The notes beneath the pieces were generated by a model. The model did not search any database. It had not been told where the DNA came from and worked only from the letters and a program-made list of their open reading frames with translations. From Oopsacas minuta (taxonomy: Eukaryota > Animalia > Porifera), in assembly GCA_024704765.1 (NCBI GenBank), contig JAKMXF010000312.1:325309-389308 (forward strand): a stretch of 64,000 bases of DNA. Direction: 5' to 3'. This document shows positions 26,601 through 39,696 of this stretch, piece by piece (the first letter of the stretch is position 1; each line of letters starts with the position of its first letter). The position numbers and the translations under genes are program-made.

Positions 26601-27975
26601 GTAGGTTGAATTTGTTGTTGTATCTCTCCATGTTATTGTGTTGAGGTTGATTGAGGTATTTTCTTGATCACATAATAACTGTATGTCATTTTGGTCAATA
26701 CCTTTGATATAGTAGTAAGACATCCCAGCAGTTGCAACTAGATAAGTTAGACATTGTATTAGTAATTTTGAAAATTGAAGCTGCAGAATTATCAAGCAAT
26801 AGAATGGGAGTATTGTATTGTCAAAATTGAATCTTTTTTCAAATTTTAAGCGACAAAAATGGTGTAAAACTATTTATATTAGAAGAATTATATACCCAAA
26901 GTGCACATCTAGACCCAAAACTACATCCTTGTACCAATTTTCATTTAAATTGGACAACTAGATTTCCCAAGACAGCGCCTACGGAGATTTTTGGATTATC
27001 ACTTCTGGTATTAATAACATACCTGTAGTAACCATAGGATTAAATACAGCTACTGTGTAAGTTACATTCCTCACTTTACAGGTATAATACCCCTGTTGTG
27101 ACGTCATTATTTCGATGCTACTTATTCCTGTAGTTGTATTCCATAATGATGTAGTTTCGTTTTCTGTTGCATCTTGATTGGGTTGGTATGTCCATTGTAT
27201 TTGCTGAGAAGTGTCATTTGTAGCGCATACAAGTGTTGTATTAGTGTGGAATATGTTGTTATCAGATAGTATAATGTATTCAGCAGATGCTGTTTGTTCA
27301 GCTAGTCTTGTTCCTAATGTGGAAATAGTGAATATTTGTAGTAATTAACATACGTGTAGCATTTTAATGGTGATTTCTCGACATATATGAATTTCACCTT
27401 TATCCATGGTTCAAAAGTTAAAAATGACTTACAGACTAGCTGTGCTAATACAATTGCATTGCCCAATATACGTACACCAATTATTTGTGTAACTTTAATA
27501 GGAATTTCGCGAAATGATCATCCATATAATTCCGTGGATACTCTTATTTGAAAGCTAACTCACCAACAACAGAGATACTTATCTGTATCGCTAACACATC
27601 ACTTCCATTCTTAGAAACATAGAACCTGTACAGCCCACCGTGATTAGCTGCGAATACTGGAATTGCAAATGTACTATCTGTAATATTGGTATTATCTGGA
27701 GCTTGCCATTTCCCTGTGACGTTAGTTTCTAAAGTAACATTAAGTGTTAATACTGTAATATCAGCTGTGTTAACTTCAGGCGGGAGAAGAGCATGAGTCT
27801 CAATCGTAGTGTGAGATAGAGTAATAACTGGTGACCCTATAAGGAAATAATAGATATTAAATATGTCTATTTGTAAGTGTTTGCTATAGTTACCTTCTGC
27901 AGTTGACTGATGTATTAAAACTGCGAACAAAACAAGCAAATATCCACAAAAATGGTGCATAATCAATGAACGCAT
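20652..27975 (-). CDS. Receptor gene 3: receptor-type protein tyrosine phosphatase, SP-Ig-like x10-FN3-TM-PTP D1-PTP D2
   Basis: Exons 27975 (or 27960)-27894 (SP), 27836-27564, 27313-27023, 26737-26504, 26449-26165, 26103-25804, 25684-25436, 25231-24947, 24733-24428, 24374-24090, 23951-23646, 23411-21109 (FN3, TM, D1 WPDHD/HCSAGVGRTG, D2 HCIDGIGKSG), 20717-20652 (TNYTSCYSLLNAYFTSNNLYQ*). All ten Ig-like exons are phase 1-1. Confidence 0.9.
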
Positions 27976-28782
27976 TATATTATTAACTCAATAACAAATG
28001 TAATACAGTTTTTATACCTTGCCTAATTCCAATGTAATTTGAGTTCAAGTCATTGTATCTTCTGCATACCATACACCCTTGGTATATGTTGAATGATATC
28101 TGGTTTACAGAGGTATATCATATTGCAGTGTTATTTGCTATTGAGTATATTAGAGGGTGGATATGCGTAGTATTGTATGTGGATTAGGGTTGAACGGTGG
28201 TATTAGTGCTAAGGTTGGAATTCCAAGGGTATTTATTGGTTGCTAATTAGGAAATCAAGCTATTAAATAGGGTGGCTTGTATTATATGGGAAGTTTTCTG
28301 ATGTAATTTCTAGCTATTGCGACAATTTTAGATTTTTTCCGATTTTTTCCATAATCTTAACGAGACTTTGAACTTGAATTTCTACTCATTTTATCGCCAT
28401 TAGATTACACCAAAATATAGCCGAATTTTCTCCATAATTTGTAGAGGAAATTTCCCATTAATAATAACAGGCAATTGTGTAATACATTACTCATATACTG
28501 ATTTCAAATAAGCTGTGGGAGTTCTAACAGTCTCAACACAATTAATCTCAAATTAAATTCTCCGTTTTATGCATACAAATGTATTGGAGAGATTATTAAG
28601 TAATTTGACTGAGGTTTGCTGTGCTACCAGTTTATGGAAAAATTAACTTTAGAGATATATTCTTACATTTATCTATGTTGTAGGCAGTCAAAGAGTTAAA
28701 TTACTCAAATTACTATTTAATAATAGAATACTTGTGTATTGGAGAAGTTCTGTTTGGAAAGATATTATTTTATGATGAAGGA

Positions 28783-31700
28783 ATGAGAACAGAATATTTA
28801 TTTATTTTGATAGTATTTGTGCTGCAGATATTGTCAGTTATTGGACAAGGTAATTAATATATGTGAATTTATTGGGTATTGCTTATAAGAACACTGGTTA
28901 TCTAATATAGGAACCATCCTCTTGAAAACGGTTATGAGAACATATATTGCTACTCCTAAGGGTGTTCTTATAAGCAATAACCATTGTGTATACTATTAGC
29001 AGTTAAATCCGTACTCATTTTGCTGAGTACACAAGTATAAATCGAAAATTCCTTATTTATAATATATAGAAGGGAGGTTATTTAATTATTTTCGTAAGAG
29101 TTTTGATGGGATTTATGATTTCTTAATTTTCTAGACACTCAAATAACAATATCAACCACAACCACCCCTTACACAAACTTACCTCCTGAAAGCAACACTG
29201 CAGAAATTCTTATACTATCTCTGAATGTTACTTTAGAAGCTAATATAACAGGGATGTGGGAGAGACCTGGCAAAACATATAGTCACGATAAATCAATCAA
29301 TTTTGATGTTTTCACTGTCGACTTAGCTGGTTCGTACAAATTTTATGCTGATGGAATCAGGACTGTATCGATACAGATTGACATTTCTGCTACAGGTAAA
29401 TATTGTATATATTACGTCTGTAGGTAAGCACTTCAGTAAATATTGTGGAATCCGCCTATTAGCAACCGTTTTCATCGACATGGCCATAAAGTGATGGTTT
29501 GTATGGTAATTTGTGTGTATAATAGCCTAATTGTTTAATAATAGAACAGAACTCACAGGAAAAGTATTGGCTATACAACTAGATATATCTGTCGATCACG
29601 GTTGAAGATTTATGATCGTAATGAAGAGAAACACAAATAAGTTATTACTTCGTTTTCTGTATTTCCGACAATTTCGATATTTTCACACCTTGATGACGTC
29701 ATAAAATCACACATTTTGCAGACTGTATTCGGTTGAACTAATGTATATTGAAAAAAGTTTTGATATACAACATTTCCTCCAGGTAGTAACTTTGCTGAAA
29801 TGACGTCATCTGGAGTATACACAATATTATCTGATAACAATGTGTTCTATAATGACAGAACACTAGTATGTGCGACTAGTGACACTAGTACAGAGCCAGA
29901 ATGGAGTCGAAATGGAGCAGTGATCACTGGAACCTGGGATGATGTAACAGGAATAAGTACACTAGACATAACTATATCACAACAAGGATATTATACATGT
30001 ACTCCTGTATCAGGGACAAGTTATACTGTAGCTATATTCAATCCTGATATTACTATAAGTGAGTTGTATTAAAGATGAATCTTTTTAGCATTTGGAAATT
30101 GTCAATGTTGTTCTTACTTTCTTTATAATATACACTTTCTTGTGTTTAGTTGCACAAGGCGGAGTTACTTACTATTACACTAAAGATATAGATCCCTCTA
30201 ATATACAGCTCTTGTGTACTACAACTGATCTTACTAAGGCATTGGAGAGTATAGATTGGACTATTCCTGGGCAAACTAATAGAAATCCTGTTCTTCTCGA
30301 AGAACTCCCAAATTCCATCACTCAATTGAACTGTTCTGCAGGGCTAGTAACTGCCAAACTTAGAATACAAGGTAAATTGGCATATGTTACTGGTCCTGAT
30401 TTTCTATATAGCATAAGCGTAAGATCCAATTCACAACTCCTACCCATCCAAAGAGAGGCTATTCATATGTATTTATAGATATAGGTAGGCCACTTCCTAG
30501 GGGGCCCAAAGCATCATTTCTCCATTTTCTGCCTATTATAGAAAATGCTATACATAGATCACTGACTCAATTTACCGATACCTACTTATTTCTCTATCCC
30601 ATTAGGACCGCCTGTAATAACACTATCCACTACGCCAGATATAACATATTCTATGTTACCTACTGCATCAGAGGCTAATAATGCTGATATCATGGCCTTG
30701 TCTAAGAATGTTACGCTGGGAATTAACCTCGTAGGAGAATGGAAATTTCCTAACGGTTCTAGGAGCCAATCCAACCCTTTAGTATTAGAATTATTTACAG
30801 CTAATCTAGCTGGAGTATATGAATTCTATATAACAGATTGGAATGGTGTAGATATACTAGCAATACAGATAACATTATCTGCTATGCGTGAGTGTGTTCT
30901 ATGTGATATTTAACTGTAGAAGGATCCAATGTATTTATATGTTTATCTTGTATAGCTTATTTTGCGGAGTTGTCACAGGGAGAATACACACTATTATCTG
31001 GTAACAATGTGTTCTATCATGACACGACGCTAGTATGTGGGAGTAGTGACACTAGTACAAAGCCAGAATGGCGTCGAGATAGAGAAGTGATCACTGGAAT
31101 CTGGGATCCTATAACGGGAATAAGTACACTAGACATTACTACATCACAACAAGGATATTATACATGTACTCCTGCATCAGGGACAAGTTATACTGTAGCT
31201 ATATTCAATCCTGATATTACTATAAGTGAGTTGTAATTCATATTATATATTATAAAGTGAATTTTGTAGATAGTGTTGTTGTTACCATTTTTATCATGTA
31301 TCTGTTCTAATGTTTAGTTGCAAAAGACGAAGGAATTTACTTTTATACTCAAGATGTAGATCCGATAGATATACAGCTATTGTGTACTACAACTGACTTC
31401 TCTATAGCACTGAACAATATAAAATGGATGAATGGTGGAACAATGTATAATAATCCTGCTATTCTTAATGATATCCAAAATACATTCACTACATTGACTT
31501 GCAATACAGGAAATATACAAGTAAACCTGATGTTACAAGGTAACTACAATTATACACAAGTCTGTCTATCATTATTACTTATATGAGTTATATCGTAATT
31601 TACTACTTAAATATGATACTTTCCATTAGGACCTCCAATTCTCACGGTAAGTTATCCAAGTTTGACTACTCCCTACTCAACATCTGTCAGCAGCACATAT

Positions 31701-34700
31701 AGCATCACAATCTTAACACAGGACGTTACTATAACTAGTAACCTGATGGGAACATGGCAATCAGTTGTCAGTTCTCCTGCAAGTAACATAGCTATCCAAG
31801 TTGGAACATTTACTAAAGACAAGGCTGGTTTATACAGTGTATATGTTACACCTTGGGATGGAACATCTGATATACCCGCTATACAATTGGATATTTCCGC
31901 AATAGGTAGAGTTGATATGTTTGGAATTATTCTCAAATCTGTGCACTTTTCCATACAAATGCCTCCCTAATTAACGTAGTATACTGTGTGTTCATATTTT
32001 CTTCTCTTTAGGTAATAACTTCGCTGAAATGACGTCATCTGGAGTATACAACTTCCTTACTGGGTTTGAAGTGTTCTATGTTGATACTACATTAATTTGT
32101 GCTACAAGTGATTCAACTGAACCTCAATGGAGTTATATAGGAATTCCAAGTGGTAACAATACACCATCAGGCGTATGGAATTCTGATACAGGGCTAAGTA
32201 CATTGAATATACAAACAACAGCACAAGGATATTATAAATGTAATAAAGGAGCACTCTTCTCGGCATCTATATTTGATCCTAGTATTACAACTGGTAAGAT
32301 AGAAATAGAAATGTGTATTTCTATAATGAATATTTGAACATATTCATGTGTATTTAGTTGTGAAGCAAGGAGAAGTATACACATACTCATATACTAAGGG
32401 AGTAGATTCTTCAGATATACAACTGTTTTGTACAACTAGTATTAACAGAGCATTCCCTAACATGAAATGGGGTTCATTTGGGAATCCTGTAATTCTCAAT
32501 AATGTACCAAACCAAGAGTTTGATACATTTGATTGTACATTTGGACCCATTGGCATACTAAGTATCGATCTATTAGTACAAGGTGAGTACATTTATACGT
32601 AATTTCCTTCCAATACACTTTGAATGCATTATTCCAAAATTTATTTCAATAGGACCACCTGTAATAACACTATCCACTGCACCAGATACAACATATTCTA
32701 TGTTACCTACTGCATCAGATAACAATAGGGCAAATATACCAGTGTTATCTGAGAATGTTATGCTGCAAACTAATCTCTTAGGAAGATGGCTAAAACCTGA
32801 TGGATCTTCTACTGATGGAAACTTTATAGAATTCATACTATTCACTGTAGATCTTGTTGGTATTTATCAGTTTAATGTAACAAATTGGGAAAACCAGGAA
32901 GAAAAGGCAATACTGATCAATATTTCTGCAGTTGGTAAGATATATTTATATACAGTTGAACTCGGAAAACAAAATTAGCATATACTAACCGATGGATGTC
33001 TTATCCGAATATTATTCCTATACAATTCATACAATATTTGATAATCCGCTTTGGAGAAAAGTACGTACAAATCGAGTTCTAGTGTATTTCCTTATATTAT
33101 AGGTACCAACATTGGAATGGATTCAAATTCCACTATTACAACAATTTATATGGTATATTCTAGGTACTGCATTTATAACCATGACACAAAACGACTCTCA
33201 GATTATTTATCAAGAACTGAATAATAATTCAATAATAAATATGACAGGGAATGCATCCTTAGCTTGTGCTACGTCACATATACCAGCGGAGGAAAATGAT
33301 ATAGAATGGTTCTATCAAAAAACAAGCATAGCAGATCCGGGAGCAATAAGAGGGGATTATAATCTAACAATTGGGCTGAATGTATTGGTTACTGACCAAC
33401 CTGGATTTTACAGATGCGAAGTGTCAAACGAAAATCGTGAAAAGTTCATATATTTTGTAGGAATAGTGCCCACTTCTGATGATATTCAATCAAGTGAGTG
33501 ATTTACAAGCATTGATTGCATTTACAAATTGTGAAAATTAGGTCTGCACAGGATGTAATTTCAGTGTTTAAGCTACTATCATTGTATTTATCCTCATTTA
33601 GTTGGCAGAGATGATCTAGAGACTGCTAAAACAATTGATTATATCTTAGGAGAACCTCTAATGTTGTATTATTATGATGTAAATATACCTATAACCGCAA
33701 TTCGCTGGGGTGTTGAAGTTGGGTCAACTGAATTAGAAGAATTTCTGAATCCAGTAGATGTCAATGAGGTGTTTGCAAAGTTTGGAAGCGGTGCGTACAA
33801 GTTCCGTTGTTTCTATAGACAGAGTCCTATTACTAATGTTGGAAATATATCACTAAATATGAAAGGTAAAATTCAATGCATTTTCTATTACACGTGTCAT
33901 AACACACTAATTTTCAAATATTTCACTAGATAATGCTTCTTTGATGGTTGAGAGTGACGCAATATGACAATATTCAATGATAGTGGAAATAAAATTTTCC
34001 GATCCGGAAAGAATAGACATTGAGATTGTCTCTAAGAATGTGCTAATTTCCTGCAGTTTAAGTCCGTGTGGGACAAATTGAAAAAGATGGAAATCTTTTA
34101 ACTACTGAAGAGATAAATATAGTTTCATTGAGGATAGAGAATCAAGGATTATACTCATTGAGGAGAAATACTAGCGAAGGAGTTGAATATACTACTGCTG
34201 CCTTCAATCTAATTGTTACAGGTATTTGCCAATTGTTGCAAATTATCTATTGAATTAATGCGTTTGAAACTGCCTCAACAAAACATTATTGCGAATTTTA
34301 ATAATTCATTGCCTAAAATTTTGTGAATCTAACGTCGATATAACCATCCTATTTGCAAGTATACATAATATTGTGACACCTTATCATATTGTAGTCATCT
34401 ATGAATGTTCTATAAGTATAACTAATCTAATATATTATTTAGGCTATATAGAACAGAACATAATAAATCTGACCCCAAGGTATATAAATGATACTTCTAT
34501 CCAAATATCATGGCAATTACTAATATCCTTACCTGACAACGCAGAGGAAACATTCACCGTTACATATCAAACACTAAATGGCGTAATACAAACAGCTGGA
34601 ATAACAACAGAACTAAACTATAACTTAACTGATCTCATCCCCGGTCAAACCTATACAATTTGGGTTGAATTGTCGTATACATACACTTTTATGTCGCCAA

Positions 34701-37071
34701 AACTTTCAATTGAAGTTACCATCCCCGCACTGGATTTCCCACTGATATATGTCGTAATTGTTGTCATTTTAATCGTGATAATTGTATTACTGGCTATTAC
34801 AGCTGTATTAATCATCCTCTTAATTTGGAAACTTCGGAAGAGGAAAGTGAAAAAGTTTGAAGTACTTGAGACAGAGGAAATTCCACCTGAACCGAGTACT
34901 AAGCCAAGCAAAGACTTTGGCTACTCCCCAGTGCCAATTGATAATCTTGCGTACAATCCAGAATTGACCGAGTCAATGGGTGTAAAGTCAAAGTTTAAGG
35001 AATCAGCAAGGAATAGTGGGAATTATCAAAATTTGAAGGAAGTTATGGACCCTAGGATGGAGCCTATAGCTTTACATTTGTTTAAAAAGGCAATTGATAT
35101 GCTTTGGAAAGATGAAACTACACTTGAAAATGAATACAAGAGTTTAGGTGGTGAAACACTACTTTACGAATGTGGGTATGCTCAATTAGATCAAAACCGA
35201 ATCAAGAATAAATATAAATTCATTTATCCATATGATAAATCACGTGTTGTGCTGAAGAAACTTGGGAAAGCAATGCACACAGATTATATCAATGCAAGCA
35301 ATATACCAGGAGTATATGTTAAAGAGAATTTTATAGCGGCACAAGGCCCGAAGGAAAATACTATTAAGGACTTTTGGAGAATGGTCTTTGAGCTGAAAAT
35401 TGTGAATATTGTTATGGTTACTAATTGTGTTGAAGGTGGTAAGCAGAAGTGCGAAGAATATTTCCCAACAAAAGAAGGACAAATTAGTGAATTTCCTCCT
35501 TTCAAAGTTCGTATTACAAATGCGGTACAGTCCAGAGGTCATATCACAAGGATAATTAGTATTGAAAGGGGAAATGAAAAGTTTCAAGTCAAACACTTCC
35601 ATTTCACAGCCTGGCCAGACCATGATGTACCATCTCTACATCACGAATTGCTACAGTTCATTGGCTATGTACATGAGAATATTACTCAAAGCGACGCGCC
35701 AATACTTGTACACTGTTCAGCTGGTGTGGGTCGTACAGGGACGTTTATTACTCTATTCAATCTGAGGGCTAATATATTGAAACAACAGCCTATTAGTGTT
35801 TACCATTTAGTGCACGAAATGAGGGAACATCGTCCTCACATGGTGCAAACCTTTCGGCAATATAAATTCATTTATCTTGCTGTACTTGAATTGTTACAGG
35901 AAAAGACTGCGGTATCTGCCGAGGAATTTCTGAGTACTTATCAGAATTATATGGAATCTGCGCGGATAGAAGAATCCGAATTTGCAAAACAGTTTTCGGA
36001 GCTTAATTATCAATGCGATAAGTCTTTTGTATATTCCTCAGATAAGGGCGAAGAGAACGCCGATAAAAACCCCGTGAAAGATATCCTACCGTACGACATT
36101 AACCGCGTTATGATCTATTCTCCATTTTTCACCTGCAACTATATAAATGCTACCAATCATAACGATTTTTTCATAACCACTCAACATCCCTGTGAAAATA
36201 CTCTACGGGACTTCATGCAAATGATATATGAGACTAATGCTGGGCTTGTGGTCATGCTTACAACATCAAAAGAGAAGAGTAAGATATTAGGGAATTTATC
36301 AGAACGTAAGGCTTATTGGCCACATAAGGATGATACCTTGGAAGTACCACCCTTCCAAGTTCAAGTAGTGAATGCTGAGAAGACAACAGCAATGATAAAA
36401 CAGAAAATATCACTGAAGAATGTAAAGGAGAACTCAGAACATGAATTCCTACAAGTAATTTCTGCAACTTGGAATGAGAAAGGTGAACCTATCGATTATC
36501 AATGCATTATTAATGTAGTTCGCTTTATCACAGTTCAAAGACAAAAATATCCACATTCGCCGATTATAATACACTGTGTGGATAGCATTGGGAAAACTGG
36601 TGTTGTGTTAACTGTATATGAATGTATTAAAGAGATGCAAGAGACTGGAGAAATTGATATTTTCCATACAGTTAAGCGACTGAGAAGAGAGAGAATGAAA
36701 TGTATACCACATTTGGTAAGTTGACTTTCTCATAGAATCGAATTTATTACTGTGCCGTGGATGGCTTTATATGTTACCATATACTTACAGTGGATTCCGG
36801 TTATAAGAACACCAGATATAAGAACATACCGGTTATTGGAAGTAAGAACACACATTGCTACTCCCAAGGAGGTTCTTATAACCTGTATTCACTCTCCCGT
36901 TAACACCTTTAGAGATTAAAACACCGAATTCGGCGTATATACTCGTAGTAACCTCTCTAGTTGTGCAACTGACAACATAAATTTTTACATGTACATTTTC
37001 ACACCTTCTCTATCTTTTAGTCTCAATTCCAAGCATGTTTTACGCTAATGAAGCAATACCTCGATTATTAA
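28783..37071 (+). CDS. Receptor gene 4: receptor-type protein tyrosine phosphatase, SP-Ig-like x12 (+1 disrupted)-FN3-TM-PTP D1-PTP D2
   Basis: Exons 28783-28849 (SP MRTEYLFILIVFVLQILSVIGQ), 29135-29395, 29783-30058, 30150-30371, 30606-30887, 30956-31225, 31318-31539, 31630-31905, 32012-32293, 32358-32582, 32653-32934, 33164-33493, 33602-33865, [33930-34221 disrupted], 34443-36715 (FN3, TM, D1 KNKY/WPDHD/HCSAGVGRTG, D2 HCVDSIGKTG), 37021-37071 (stop). Confidence 0.88.
33930..34221 (+). pseudogene. Frameshifted Ig-like exon (pseudo-exon or sequencing error) in receptor gene 4
   Basis: 292 nt (not 3n) with an in-frame TGA at 33965. Homology to gene 3 exon 23951-23646 is split across three reading frames (DNASLMVESD / NMTIFNDSGNKIF / IDIEIVSKNVLISCSLSPC / GQIEKDG...NQGLYSL...FNLIVTG). 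Confidence 0.65.
36788..36894. mobile_element. pogo/Tigger-like MITE in the last intron of receptor gene 4
   Basis: TA|cagtggattccggttataagaac ... gttcttataacctgtattcact; decayed relatives near 28880-28995 and 37545-37660. Confidence 0.7.
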
Positions 37072-37356
37072 CCAGAAGGAACTGTTGAAATAAGTCACCT
37101 AATATATGAATGCTCATTTCTTAATATTATTTTGATTGTCTCTCTGTATTATATTTAGTGTGTAATTCCAATGTATTAGCTATTTATGTGAAGTGTGATT
37201 TGTAAGCTATACTTGTGTGTAGTTAATTTTATTGGTTAATAGTTTCTAATATATATCGTTTGCTAATGAATTACATATGTAGATTGAATTCTTGTAAAAT
37301 GACGGTATAATATTTCGCGAGTTTTCGATACATAAAGTTCTGGGAATTGCAACAGA

Positions 37357-39454
37357 ATGTGTGTTAGAAATTCGATATTTATTTCATTTTTACTGTTCTT
37401 GTTGATTGTTATTGGACAAGGTAAGTTGTATTCCTTAAAATGTAATCCAGTTTTACAGCCAGTATTTGTAGCCATACGAATTCAATTGAATATTTATCTC
37501 TCTCTTCGAACATTGGCTATTGACATTACGCGTTTAAGATACAGTGTATGCCGGTTTTAAGCACACACTTGGGATTAGCGATACATGTACTTATAACCGG
37601 CATAAATATAAGGGAATATATGAGAACTGTTTTCCAGAGGATTGTTCTTATAACCGACATACAATGCATCTATTATAGGTAGTTATATTCAAGAGATCGA
37701 GATTATAAGCATTATAGCCCTCAATGAAAATACAGTATTAATATCATGGGATCTTAAAGTCCCACTCTTACAGAATTCAACTGAAGTTTTCCACATACAC
37801 TACGGAAGGTATAATACAAATACTTATGCTGGACACACGAATAATCAAAGCTACATACTCCGTGACCTCACAGCTGGGATATCCTACAGAATATACATAG
37901 CTATGACGTATGTATTCTCTAATATAACATACAAAACTGACACATACCAATTCAAGATTGAGAAAATTCCTGCTACAGAGATGAATATACCCAGTATTGC
38001 TGCTATTTCTATTGTCGTATCCTTGACTATATTATCTATTGGGGTTTTAGTGATAGTATTGGCGATATGTGGGCTGAAACGTGTTGGAATTACAGGGAAA
38101 TTTGTTCGAGAACGGCTGCAATTGAATGGCAAAACAAACAGTAATATATGTATGATTACATCATCTGAATGTAATAGTGGGAATATTACATTGAATGATA
38201 CAGCTGAAACTCGTAAGAATGCGATTTCTATCGAAGAAACTGTGATAGAACAAGGAATTGATATTGATTCGATATATTTCGCGAATATCAGTCAGAACGA
38301 TTGTAATGTTAGCGAAATAACTAACGTAATTGAAACGGAAAGTATATCTGATATTCCAGACGTTTTAAATACTGAAAATGCAGACCAAAGAGTTGAATAT
38401 ACTCCCGAACAGCTCAGTGAAAATCTTTCTGATAAAACATACACAATTCCACCAACATTAAGCAAAGATTTGAATGAGACATATGAAATTACATACAAAG
38501 ATGTTGAAAATATTGATCAACAAAATACAGAAATTGTTTTCAATATTGAGCTCGAGTTTGAAGCATTAAACGCTGAAACAAGTGAGCAAAACTGTGAATT
38601 TGATGTGAATAATATTACGCTTGAATCGCCAAATTTTGAAGGTTACACACTAAATGCAAGTTACCTTTATAATGCAAATATTATTGCGACAATACACCCA
38701 ACGCGTAGGAGGGATTTCCTACAACTTGTGTACCAAAGTAAATGTAGTTTAATTGTAATGCTTACGAGTAGGCTAGAGCAGCAAAGTATTATAGCTAGAA
38801 CATCAGAGTATGTACGATATTGGCCAGTTGATGAATACACAAATGAACAGGAAGATACGCTAATTGAGCAGGAGATATCTTTACAGCATAGTGTCGAAAA
38901 CAATAGTATATCATTCAAACATATAATATTTACTGGGTGGGATGATAACGGTGATATTGAAGACATATCGAATGTTATTAAGCTGCTGCGGATAATACAA
39001 ACACATAAAGAAATGAACATGAATACTCGAGTAATAATACATTGTAATGATGGCGTAACGAAGACTGGGATATTAATGACTTGCTATACTGCATTACAGG
39101 ATATGGAGGATAGGAATTGCTATAATATTGAAGATATTGTGAGAGATCTAAGACAGCAGAGAACAAACATGTTGCCAACCCTTGTAAGTTATTTAATTGT
39201 GCGATATATTCTCATTTTTGCATACAGTGAAACCTCAATACGAACACAGTTAATTGGAATTTCCGTATAAGACGTTTAAATGTTCACCAATGGTTATTGA
39301 GATTACACCGGTTAATACGAACTCAGGATAAAGCGTACACATTTTGACCGCCTCTTGGTGTTCGTATTCACTGCATTTACTAAATTTATATTTCTAGACA
39401 TCTTACAGAGCTTGTTATCGTATCATGGAAGAATTCTCATCACTACAGCAATGA
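37357..39454 (+). CDS. Receptor gene 5: truncated RPTP paralogue, SP-FN3-TM-acidic linker-D2-only pseudophosphatase
   Basis: Exons 37357-37420 (SP MCVRNSIFISFLLFLLIVIGQ), 37694-39183 (FN3 ISWDL...YILRDLTAGISYRIYI, TM IAAISIVVSLTILSIGVLVIVLAICGL, E/T/N/D-rich stretch, D2-like NASYL...DFLQLVY...YWP...HCNDGVTKTG...LRQQRTNMLPTL), 39398-39454 (TSYRACYRIMEEFSSLQQ*). No HCSAGVGR or WPD. Confidence 0.85.
39225..39373. mobile_element. pogo/Tigger-like MITE in the last intron of receptor gene 5
   Basis: TA|cagtgaaacctcaatacgaacac ... gtgttcgtattcactg. Confidence 0.65.
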
Positions 39455-39696
39455 TGATTGACTGTGAAAGTAGTAATCCTTTTATGATTTCAAATTGTGT
39501 ATTCCTTAAATCATATTTAATTAATAAAATCACAAAAAACTAGTATATTTCTCTACTGCCATTCTCTGCAAAAATGTGGACTTTTAAAAGCAACCAAAAT
39601 GTAGATTATTATAATTATATAATATTAATATGTAATGTTAAGAAGTACCAGGGATAATAACGCTAATTCATTTATATAAGTTATACTTGCTTTTCT

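Noticed and set aside
866-32845. Many short antisense ORFs opposite the Ig exons (e.g. 866, 1170, 3022, 5365, 8689, 23606, 31673, 32573)
   Set aside because: Codon-bias mirror ORFs of real exons; they recur because the exons are paralogous.
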